From Octopus vulgaris (taxonomy: Eukaryota): 64,000 bases of DNA. The translations under genes were made by a program, and so were the position numbers. Below, piece after piece: positions 25,207 through 36,591 of the stretch (its first letter is position 1; each line of letters starts with the position of its first letter). The stretch lies in assembly GCA_951406725.2 (NCBI GenBank), contig OX597820.1, positions 70,928,001 to 70,992,000 on the forward strand, read 5' to 3'. The notes under the pieces are model-generated. The model saw only the letters and a list, made by a program, of their open reading frames with translations. It did not search any database and was not told the origin of the DNA.

Positions 25207-25297
25207 TTCTCTCATGAGTGGATATACTTCCCAACGATGCTTATCGACTTTAGATTTCATTTTGAGAGGTAGTATATTCATGAAACGATCATAAGAA
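25207..25297 (+). ncRNA. Minimal type I hammerhead ribozyme motif (G5>C, probably inactive)
   Basis: TTCT CTCATGA GTGGATATACT...AGTATATTCAT GAAA CGATCA TA AGAA; inverted twin of 24944-25034. Confidence 0.7.
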
Positions 25298-25408
25298 CTT
25301 ACAAAACTTTTTTTAAAGATATTTCTAATGATTATAGCTGTACTTTGTTTTTATCTCTTTTATGATTTTTAAGATATAAATTTTCCTACTTTTTACTCTA
25401 TAATATAC

Positions 25409-25448
<40 letters not shown>

Positions 25449-25455
25449 ATGTATA

Positions 25456-25697
25456 CAGGGGCTGGACAAAATAATGGAAACACATAAAAATTTCCGACAA
25501 ATTTATTTTAATATGGGGTAAGACCACCTTCGGCAGTGATTACAGCTTGAATTCTATGAGGTTTGGACTCATACAAAGTTTGAATTTTTTCCAAAGGAAT
25601 TTTTGTCCATTCTTCAGCTAAAATAGTTTCCAGTTCTTGTAGTGATGGTGGTGGAGGATATCGACTCCTTACTTGTTTTTCTAAAATGCACCCCAAA
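25456..25697 (-). mobile_element. Truncated 3' end of the same Tc1 family
   Basis: TA + CAGGGGCTGGACAAAATAATGGAAACAC TIR; encodes ILEKQVRSRYPPPPSLQELETILAEEWTKIP...GGLTPY*. Confidence 0.9.
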
Positions 25698-26128
25698 TGT
25701 TCAGCAAGAGAGACCGATAGAATAACTACTAGGCTAACAGAGAATAAGTCCTTGCGTTGATTTGTTTGATGAAAAGGCAGTGCTCCAGCATGGCCACAAT
25801 CAGATGACTGAAACAAGTAAAAGAAAAATATATATCTGTATATGTGTTTCTATATAGTTTCACTTATAGGTACAAAAAGGAGTCAAGCTCTGCAAGGAGT
25901 AGACAGCCACCATATACTTCTACCATAATTCCATTGATATCTGGGACTGAAAACACAGCTACAATTGCTACTTTGCTTGTGAGCCAAGCCATCATTGTTA
26001 AAACCTATAGCCAGCTTTAACCTCTGTCATTGTATGTAGGAATAGTCACATAGTTGTATTGAAGTATTAAAACCTGTTGTAATCATCACATTTTTATATA
26101 TGTCAGGTAATATATTGTCCAATGTATC

Positions 26129-26745
26129 TTAAACTCTTTAGCATTCAGACTACTCTGTCAAATGTAATACTTATTTATTCACATTGTTTTGAATTAAGCA
26201 TGCATTATTTCTTAGGTTTGAGATTTCAATAATGTGATTCTTTTATTCTTTTACTTGTTTCAGTCATTTGACTGTGGCCATGCTGGAGCAACGCCTTTAG
26301 TCAAGCAAATCGATCCCAGGACTTATTCTTTGTAAGCCTAGTACTTATTCTATCAGTCTCTTTGGCTGAACTGCTAAGTTATGGGGAAGTAAACACACCA
26401 GCATTGGTTGTCAAGCAATGTTGGGGGGACAAACACAAACACACAAATATATACGCACACATACATATATACGATGGGCTTCTTTCAGTTTCTGTCTACC
26501 AAATCCACTCACAAGGCTTTGGTCGGCCCGAGGCTATAGTAGAAGACACTTGCCACGCAGTGGGACTGAACCCAGATCCCTTTGGTTGGTAAGCAAGCTA
26601 CTTACCACACAGCCACTCCTGCACCTATGATTGTTGATTTTTAGAAAGACATTGTAGGGTAGGTGTGAATGGCAGGATCTGGCTGGTTTGGACATAAAAC
26701 AGGAAGAATTTTTGTGTCAGATAACGCCAATGTGAATGCTTACAA
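26129..26745. mobile_element. Second TTAA-type MITE family, split by a SINE insertion at 26240-26626
   Basis: Starts ttaaactctttagcattcagactactctgtcaaatgtaat (a similar start recurs at 63965-64000) and ends ...gaatgcttac. TGATT is duplicated around the SINE. Confidence 0.5.
26240..26626 (-). mobile_element. SINE A
   Basis: Full-length reverse-complement match. Confidence 0.85.
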
Positions 26746-27418
26746 TTTTAGAGAATAGCGCATGTTTTGAGAAAGTTGGCAGCTATTTCTAGCACGTTGA
26801 AAGGCTATGCAGGGGCTCCTTAAAATAGTTCAGTAAATATTGGTTAATACTTGATGAATTATGCTTGATTATTAAATTAATATTCCGCTTCACAGTTGAA
26901 GACAAATGTAAAACACACGTTATGGAAATCTAATATTCATTTCCATTAAATCAGAAATCCAAACGGAAAATTATGTGGAGTCTGTCAGGCAGGATCCAAA
27001 ACATCAAAATGGAGTGTGACAATATAGCATGGAATTCTGCTTAAACAGTTGTGGGATACAACAGGGACATGTGCTTTATACAGATCTCTAACCAAAACCA
27101 AGTGGACATGCACTGGTATATAACTACATACACAGACACACATACGCACACACACAAACACACACACACACACATATCATCACTTAACTTCCGCCTTCCA
27201 TGCTGGAATGGCTCACACACATGCACACACATATATGTATGTATATATATATATATGTATGTATGTATATATATATAATATATATATATATATACGGCAG
27301 AAACGTTAGCACGCAGGGCGAAATGCGTAGCCGTATTTCGTCTGCCGTTACGTTCTGGGTTCAAATTCTGCCAAGGTCGACTATATATATATACATATAT
27401 ATATGTATATACATACAT

Positions 27419-27450
<32 letters not shown>

Positions 27451-27532
27451 CCAACCCATGCTAGCATGGAAAACGGATGTTAAAATGATGATGATGATGA
27501 TGATGATGTATGTATATATATATGTGTGTGTG

Positions 27533-27571
<39 letters not shown>

Positions 27572-27580
27572 GTATATATG

Positions 27581-27617
<37 letters not shown>

Positions 27618-27760
27618 TCATCATCATCATCATCATTTAACGTCCGCTTTCCATGCTAGCATGGGTTGGACGGTTCAACTGGGGTCTGGGGAGCCCGAAG
27701 GCTGCACCAGGCCAGTCAGATCTGGCAGTGTTTCTACAGCTGGATGCCCTTCCTAACGCC

Positions 27761-27765
27761 AAAAA
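27761..27765 (-). terminator. Pol III oligo-T terminator of the tRNA-Arg gene
   Basis: AAAAA on + is TTTTT on -, 11 nt downstream of the discriminator base. Confidence 0.6.
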
Positions 27766-27776
27766 GTATTACACGT

Positions 27777-28028
<252 letters not shown>

Positions 28029-28131
28029 TTTGGAAATTTGCAGCCTTTGAAACATGTGTAGAAAATAATAAAAAGGAATTTTGTAGAATCTTCGTTCGGC
28101 TCCATTTCTTCCCTTCACTAAATATATATAT

Positions 28132-28582
28132 ATCATCATCATCATCATCATCATCATCGTTTAACATCCGCTTTCCATGCTAGCATGGGTTGGACGGTTC
28201 AACTGGGGTCTGGCAAGCCCGAAGGCTGCACCAGGCCAGTCAGATCTGGCAGTGTTTCTACAGCTGGATGCCCTTCCTAACGCCAACCACTCCGAGAGTG
28301 TAGTGGGTGATTTTATGTCCCACCGACACAGGTGCCAGACGAGGCTGGCAGACGGCCACGCTCGGATGGTGTTTTTTATGTGCCACCGACACAGGTGCCA
28401 GACGGGGCTGGTGGACGGCCACGCTCGGATGGTGTTTGTTACGTGCCCTCAGCACGGAGGCCAGTCGTTGCGGTACTGGCTACGATCACGTTCGGATGGT
28501 TTTCTTATGTGCCACCGGCACTGGTACCACAAGGATACAAATTCCATTGATGTTCATCTAATACAAATTCCATTGATGTTCA

Positions 28583-28586
<4 letters not shown>
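28132..28586 (-). mobile_element. RTE-3'UTR-type element with internal ~65 bp tandem repeats and (GAT)n tail
   Basis: Shares the 3' UTR of 57427-58315. Unit ...TGCCACCGACACAGGTGCCAGACG...CGGCCACGCTCGGATGGTG repeats about 3 times. Related copies at 11810-12220, 27617-27762, 31947-32330, 42786-43182 and 46234-46573. Confidence 0.75.
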
Positions 28587-28622
<36 letters not shown>

Positions 28623-31454
28623 TATTCAGCAAAGTCTGAGAGCTTCATGCATTATATATCATCATCATCATATATGTGTGTGTGTGTCTGTGCATATCTG
28701 TGTATGTATGTGTGTGGCATTTTGTGTTAATCTGTATCCATACCACCAATACCACCACCACCACCACCACCACTTGACATCTTGTGTTGGTTTGTTTGCT
28801 TTCCTGTATCCTAGCAGTTTCACTAAAGGAGGCCAACAGAATAAGGAGCAGACTTGAAAAATAAGTACTTGGGTTGATTTGCTCTCTAAACCCTTCATGG
28901 TGATGCCCCAGCATGGACGCAGTCCAATAACTGAAACAAGTAAAAGATAAAAGAGAAATTCAGACTCTTAGTCTAAATGGATGTATATGTTTTCTTAGTA
29001 TCTTTCAACATCTTTAACAGGTTTTTTGAAGAACACATTGTAAAACCTATTTTTATAGCAATATTGGTTTTATACAACTTCAAAATCATTTTATAAAAAG
29101 TCCATAACTGGGCAGTTGTACAGGAAGATATCTTAGTTGTTAATTTGATAATGAAATCTGAAATAACTTTTGACTTCAGTTAGAACATTAAATGCTTTCT
29201 ATTAACTTCTGGCATAAACAGCAGTGAGGCAATATCTTCAATTAATTGCTAACGATATCACTTAATATCTATTAAATTACTGTAAAAGAAAATGATGGGA
29301 AAATAGTTGTAAATTTATCAATTATTATAAGAGCTGTGATAAATACTTTCAACATATGTGTTGGCTGGCTTATATATTTGATATGCAAAAAAACATTAAT
29401 AGCTCACTGTTAGCACAAAGTAAAAAATATTCACATTTTCTGCAAATTTCTCCTTTTCTTAGTGATAATGTAATTTCTTCCTTTCATAAAAGAACCAAGT
29501 GAAATATAGAAAATGTAATTATAATGTATTCAAAAGATTCTGGCAGAGTTTTCAGTTTATTTTAGTCTGAGATAGATTTAAAAGCTATTTTCAACCAATA
29601 CAGGGCAGCAAGAGTAAGCTGTGAGTATTGATAAGCAAAGTGAAAACAGTGATATTGAAGGATGAACTATTGATGGTTGTCAGTTGAGCGAGAAGGACAT
29701 TTATCTTGTGTAGCAGAACAAACTAGATTAACACTTTCCTTCCCTTACTAAACAAATTATTCACACTGTCTTTAAAATTTATTGTCATTCTCAAATATTA
29801 TCTGAAATGATTTTTCAAGACAACGAAAATCGTTAAACACTAGTTTGAAACAGAGAGCAGTGTATTCAAGAATTTTCTGTTTGAATATTTAGCTTTTCTT
29901 ATTTTAAATTTAATTAATTCTTCAAAGGTGGTGGGTGAGTTCACAGCTTTTGCTGTTTCTTAGATAATAATATTGATTTCTTACTTTGGCAGAAAACCAG
30001 AATTTTCTATGGGAGGAATGCAGTCAATCAAATCAAACTCCAGTACATGCCTGGTATTTATGTTATTAATTCCAGTGGATTGAAATGTTATGATGATCAT
30101 AGCTGAATTTAAGAGTTCAGAATGGAGAGATGTGAAACTAAATATTGTGTGGAATTATTCTGGTGTTCTACCATTTCTACCATTTCAGTGCTGATAAGAT
30201 GGATTCAATAGAAGAACTGAGATAAATTTTAGTGAAGAAAAATGTGCCTAGGCAACCGTGAAGATAGAGAAATAAATAAAAATCATTATTACATTGTTAG
30301 ATAAAGAAACCACAAGATAAGAGAATTAACCCAATCACCGTCTTACACATACTTTGAAATTAACGAACTAGGTATTATATAACGTACACAAATTTATGAA
30401 AAAGTGAGAAAGAAAATATTATAGATACTTTTGATTAATATTTCAAACAGAGCTAAGGGTAATAGGTATCAACACATGAGGTGTTCAGCAAATAAGTTAT
30501 AGTCATAATGCTTTCAGTTCAAGGCTAAATGTGTTAGTATGACTAAAAAGGAAACAAGAAACATGATGGCATTTAGAATACACCACCCAAAATCCAACAC
30601 AGAGTATATTTACCATGAATACAGGGAGGTAGGTCTTTTCTGCATGTAGAAAATGATTGTATAATATTTGCTATGAACTAGGAAAATGTCTAGTAAAGAA
30701 CAAAAGGAAACTAATAAATGATAAATAGTTGCAAAACACGAACAACATAACAAATTTTAAAATAGCAAACAGTTACATGAAGAATCTTTAATCTTTAACC
30801 TGTTTCTTCATTGGACTGTTACCGTGCTTAGAGAGTTTAGTTTAACAAATTGATAACAGTATTATTTTTCTTTGAGTTTAGTACTTATTCTATCATCATT
30901 GTAGCTGAACTGCTAAGTCACAAGGCCATAGATAAACTAGAAGTGGTTGTCAAGCAGTGGCAGGTGGACAAACATGAGGACACACATACACACACACACC
31001 ACATACACATGCACTCACAGATCACAAACACAATTTTTTTTTATGGCTGCAGGTTACCTCCTCATCCCCACATTTCCTACCCCACCCCCTACAATTTTAC
31101 TAACTGCACACCACCCATTTCTAATCACTTTGTACCCTGCAGGACTACCACCCATTTCTAATCACTTTGTACCCTGCAGGACTACCTGGACACTTCATTT
31201 GCAGTATCTCTCTCTTCACAAATCCTGCTGATCATTCTCACTACTATATGTGAGTAACTGTGCAGATTTTCCCTCAGATTTTAAATCTTCATTCTCAAGC
31301 AAAATTTTGACCTTTATTCTCTCAGGTTCCATAGGCTTGAAAACTGCATGGGAACCTCAAGAGTGCTGGTGGAACAAAAAAAAAGACAAAAAAACCACCC
31401 CAAAACACCTAGTAAACACTGTAAAGTGGTTGGAATTAGGAAGAGCATTCGGTT

Positions 31455-31841
31455 CATTATTTACATTATTTACATTCAACAGATATTTGTCCTCATCTTG
31501 TTTGTTGTTTACTCAACATTTCGGCTGATATACCCTCCAGCCTACTTCAGGTGTCTTAGGGAAATATTGAACCTAGGTTCTCATTCCTAAGGTATTTTTC
31601 AACTTTGTTATTATCATTATTATTATTATGCAGGTCGCTACCTGGAATCAAACTCGGAATCTTGGGGTTAGTAGCCCGTGCTCTTAACCACTACACCAAA
31701 CTATGCCCGTGGGCAACATGAAATGAAGTGTTTTACTCAAGACCACAATGCATCACCCGTTCAAGGAATCAAAACCATGATCTTACAATCCGTCGAATGT
31801 AAATAATGTACATAATTCCTCATCTCTTAAATACAGAACTG
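31455..31841 (-). mobile_element. tRNA-head + hammerhead element (copy 3) with an inverted extra tail, inserted in an RTE-tail repeat
   Basis: 31460-31713 is reverse-complement similar to 1343-1598; 31791-31840 is the element tail in + orientation. 12 bp TSD gagcattc(g/a)gtt at 31443-31454 and 31842-31853. Confidence 0.75.
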
Positions 31842-33260
31842 GAGCATTCAGTTGTTGAAACCATACCAAAGTAGACACTGGAACATAATGCAACCTTTAG
31901 TCCCATCAGATCTTCTCAAACTGTCCAACCCATACCAGCATGGAATCATCATCATCATTTAATGTCCATTGTCCATTCTAACATGGGTTGGACGGTTTGA
32001 TTGGGCTGGCATGCTGGAAGGCTGTGCCAGGCTCCAGTCTGATTTGGCATAGTTTTCTACTGCTGGATGCCCTTCCTAATGCCAACCACTCTGAGCGTGT
32101 AATGGGTACTGTTTGCATGACACCAGTACATGCCATGACAGCAATTTTGCTCGGTTTGATAAGTCTTCTTCTTAAGCACAGCATAAAGCCAAAGGTTTTG
32201 GTTATTGCCACCATGATGCCCAGCACTCGAAACAAACTCAACCACTTTGCCTCCATGAAACCTAATGCTCAATAGGAACTCAGTCACCTCACCTCCGTGA
32301 GGCCCAACACTCAAACGAAACTCAGAAGTTAAATGGTGATGATGATGAAGAGGAGGAAGATATATAATATATACAAGCTTCCATGCTGTTTCTGTCTACC
32401 AAATTCACTCACAAGGCATTGGTAAGTAAAAGACACTTGGCATGTAATTTTGAGTTCAGTCTCACTGTGTTGTTGTGGGGAGGTGGCTTCTATTCTAGCC
32501 CCTGGCAGACCAATGCCTAGTAAGTGAATTTGATAGACAGAAACCTTGAAAAAGCCTATCATTTATATGTGCGTTTGTGTGTGTTTGTGTATTTGTGCAT
32601 GTGTGTGTTTGTATGTGTTTTTGTGTTTATTTGTCCCTCTACAGCTTGTCAACTGGTATTAGTTTGTTTGCATCCCCATAACTTAGTTCAGCAAAAGAGA
32701 CAGACAGAATAAGTATGAAACTTTAAAAAAATATAAGTAAAGGTAAGTACAGGGGTCAATTTGTTTGACGAAACCCTTCAAGGCAGTGCCCCAGCATGGT
32801 GACAGGCCAATGACTGAAACTAGTAAAAGATGAAAATAAAATCTTTTCCATGGTCAATATCTGACAAAACTAAACAAAGCAGAAATGAAAACAAAAATAA
32901 AGAAAATCACCAACACTCACTGAGAAGTGCAGGACTTCAAGTTAAAACCAAAGAAAATGTTTAAAATCTTCAACAGAGTAGAATATGGTCAGGTTATGGT
33001 TAGACTACATTACTCTGAAAGGAGCATAGTGATGATCTCCAGGCTTCTTTGGTGTATATATTTCTCCTTGGAGGGAAACCATTCCATTGTAGGATTGCTA
33101 ATTTTTGCCAACTGTATGAACTGGAGCAACATGGAATGAAGTGTTTTGCTCAGGAACACAATGCATCACACGTTCAAGGAATCAAAACCATAATCTTACA
33201 ATCACGAGTCCAATACCTTAACCACTAAGCTATGTGCCTCCACTGTAATCAAAAGTTCTC

Positions 33261-33445
33261 AGAGAAACAACAAGGTGACTATATTCTGGAGTGTAGCAAT
33301 TCATAGAAACAAGGAGATTAAAGAAAATCATCCAAATATTATTGTCAAAGATCATCGAGAAAAGAAATTTCTCTTCATTGAGGAATTAATTCCAATAAAC
33401 GACAATATGTCTCTGAAAGAAATAAAGAAACTATGTAAATATATT
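33261..33445 (+). mobile_element. RLE-type LINE endonuclease fragment (partly folded back)
   Basis: NNKVTIFWSVAIHRNKEIKENHPNIIVKDHREKKFLFIEELIPINDNMSLKEIKKLCKY, a decayed form of ILWD...NRPDIVV...KE-x-EK-x-x-KY. Confidence 0.72.
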
Positions 33446-33743
33446 TAGTTTCTTCATAGCAATAATAATTAAAAATTTTGGCTGAAGAATCATATGTAAT
33501 CTATTTATCTATTTCATATTTATTTTGTAGATAATAGAAATCATAAAAATCTATGAAATAGAATGAAAATAGATTACATATAATTCTACAGTTGAATTTT
33601 AATTATTATTTCTATGAAGAAACTAAATATATTTGCATAGTTTCTTGATTTTTATAGATGTATTGTTGTTTATTGGAATTTGTTCCTCAATCAAGAGAAA
33701 TTTCTTTTCCTGATGATCTTTGACAATAGCATCTGGATGATTT
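33325..33743. repeat. Imperfect inverted repeat, ~200 bp arms
   Basis: 33325-33526 versus 33545-33743. Confidence 0.9.
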
Positions 33744-34079
33744 GACAATAATATCTAGATGAAACAAGTATGAAGCAGATTTAATATGATTCTACAGTTG
33801 AATTTTTAATTATTTTGGCTACAAAGTAACTAAATTTGGAAGAGATTTTTTTTCCCCATGACAAAATTACAATTGATGGAGCAATCAAAATGACACTATC
33901 TAAATATATCTGGAAATAAAGATAACTCGTATATGGGTACTGAAAATAGAAATAATCCTTATAATAAGTATATTCGGAATTATTTAAAAGTAACACAAAC
34001 AAATAAACAACCAATTTCAAAGGATATATATACATACATACATACATACATACAAACATACATACATATATACATACAT

Positions 34080-34134
<55 letters not shown>

Positions 34135-34148
34135 ATATATAATATATA

Positions 34149-34198
<50 letters not shown>

Positions 34199-35326
34199 AA
34201 ATAATAAATAATAAATAATATGATATATATATATATATACACACACACACATACATACATGCATATATGGGTACAGGAAATCACCAACAGAGCAAATAAC
34301 ATGAAATATGTAACAAACAAGTGAAATACGTAAACAACAAGAAAAAAATGGAGAACAGGACAAGAAAATACAGAGAAAGGACCCTTCATCAGTTGTCAGC
34401 TGTCTATATACTCCTCATTTCGAACATTCAGCGACAATATGAGTCTTCAAAGACAGTTGCTTCCATAAATTCTAAAATAAAATTTAGGATTTATAGAGGG
34501 TCAAAATTGGGAACAAAAAAATGACAGTGGACACATATGAGGAAACCAAGCGAAAACAAATATAGAGGGTCATTTGACCAGAATGAGAGGAAAATAGTGA
34601 ATGCTGGGAGAAACATTTTTAACAAGAGAAAAGATAGAAGAGAAAGAGAAAAACATGTCCATTCTTTTAAATGTCCGTGCAGGAAAAGAGAGATGGTCAT
34701 GTGAGGAAAAGAAAGATGGTTTTGTGAGTAGAGTTACAATCTGAAAAGACTAGAGTTTTCAGGAAAAAGAAATCAACCAACCGACATGCACATTGCAAAT
34801 ACAATCTGAAAGTGGAAGAGTATAAATATGCAAGAATTTTCTCAAGTTCAATACATGAATTTGCTTTTGTTACTGATATTTCAATGATGGAACTTTGTAG
34901 CTTTGTTAGAAACCAGCTCCTTCCTTACAGGAAGATTTCAAATAATAAAAAAGCAGAAAAGAAAATACATATTGTAGACCTACTACGTATGTACACATAC
35001 TTTCAATGCAATTCAATAGAAAAAACAAAGGTAAATACGGTACATACATAAAGCACACAGAGCCATGATAGGCTAGAGAATGAAAGCACATAATTAAAAT
35101 TAGACGACTGAAATAATAATGACATTAATAATAATAATAATTTGTCCTAGGTGCAGGAGTGGCTGTGTGGTAAGTAGCTTGCTTACCAACCACATGGTTC
35201 CAGGTTCAGTTCCACTGCTTGATTCCTTGGGTAAGTGTCTTCTATTTTGGCCTCGAGCTGACCAAAGCCTTGTGAGTGGATTTGGTAGAAGGAAACTGAA
35301 AGAAGCTCATTGTATATATATACGAT

Positions 35327-36390
35327 TTTCAAAGAAAGAGGCTTGGAGATGCCATTGTGAAAGACTGCTGAATGTGGAGAATGAATGGGAGGAGGAGAGC
35401 CTGCCAAATGTTGACCCAGTTAAAGGACCTGGTACCTGAATCAACAGCACCCTGGTAGATAAAGCAATCAAGGATATGAAGTCAGGGAAAGACCATGGCC
35501 CATCAGGAATCACTGCTGAGATGTTTAAAATATCTGGTGGTGTGGGTTGTAGTCTAGTCACCTGTATTGTAAATCAGGTAGATGACAAAGGAGTCATACC
35601 CAATGACTGGTGTAGCAGCACCATAACCAACTGCTACAAAGGTAAATGTGATGCTTTAGACAGAAATAACTACAGGGGTATTACATTGCTGGATCAGGTG
35701 ATGAAGATCATGGAGGGGGTCATAGCCCAACCATTTAGGGAGAGTATTAGTGTAGATGAGATGCAGTTTGGTTTTGTGCCAGGTAGAAGCACCACTGATG
35801 CTATATATCTGGTAAGGCAACTGCAGGAGAAATACCTAACCAAAGATAAACCTCTGTACTTAGCTTTTGTTGACTTGGAGAAAGCTTTTGACAGGGTACC
35901 CTGATCCCTTATCTGGTAGTCAATGTAGAAACTAGGGATAGACGAGTGGTTAGTAAGAACTGTACAGGCCCTGTACAGGGATACTGTCAGTAAGGTATGG
36001 GTTGGCAATGAGTATAGTGAAAAATTCCAGGTAGAAGTAGGGGTTCATGAAGGATCAGTCCTCAGCCCCCTCTTATTCATCATAGTCCTCTAGGCAATAA
36101 CAGAGGAATTCAAGACAGGCTGCCCCTGAGAGATCCTCTATGCTGTTGACCTTGCTTTCATAACTGAATCACTACCAGAACTAGAGAACAAATTTCAGCT
36201 GTGGAAGCAAAGTCTAGAATCAAAGGGCCTTAGAGTCAATGTAGCTAAAAACAAAGTCTTAGTATATAGGAAGGTGGACAAATCACAAACCCCTTCAGGT
36301 AGATGGCCCTGCTCAATCTGTAGAAAAGGCGTAGGTAGAAACTCCAACTGACGTTAAACGATGATGATGATGATGATGATAATGATGATA
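35327..36390 (+). mobile_element. RTE-clade LINE RT fragment inserted in a SINE's internal microsatellite
   Basis: MKSGKDHGPSGITAEM...NYRGITLL...QFGFVPGRSTTDAI...AFVDLEKAFDRVP, followed by decayed GSVLSP and YAVD motifs with stops. Ends in a (GAT)n tail. SINE head at 35149-35320, SINE tail at 36395-36590. Confidence 0.92.
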
Positions 36391-36591
36391 TATATGTGTT
36401 CGTCCGTCCCCCCTCCCTTGCTTGACAACTGATGTTGGTGTGTTTACGTACCCATAACTTAGCAGTTCGGCAAAAGAGACCAGTAGAAAAAGTACTAAGC
36501 TTACAAAGAATAAGTCCTGGGGTCGATTTGCTTGACTAAAAGGTGGTGCTCCAGCATAGCCACAGCCAGATTACTGAAGCAAATAAAAGAA

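Larger units (their letters stand above)
24798..25409. repeat. Long imperfect inverted repeat (fold-back), arms ~290 and ~255 bp
   Basis: 24798-25087 is the reverse complement of 25155-25409 with a ~35 bp indel; 67 bp spacer. Confidence 0.95.

Noticed and set aside
28310-28525. Regularly spaced ~65 bp repeats (also ~30 bp units at 46234-46385) as a CRISPR-like array
   Set aside because: The units are wholly repeated with no unique spacers, lie within a retroelement 3' UTR, and the context is eukaryotic with no cas genes.
34381-34425. GAAA...CTGATGA on the minus strand next to a TA tract
   Set aside because: I could not build stems I-III. Probably a repeat fragment, but a ribozyme is unsupported.
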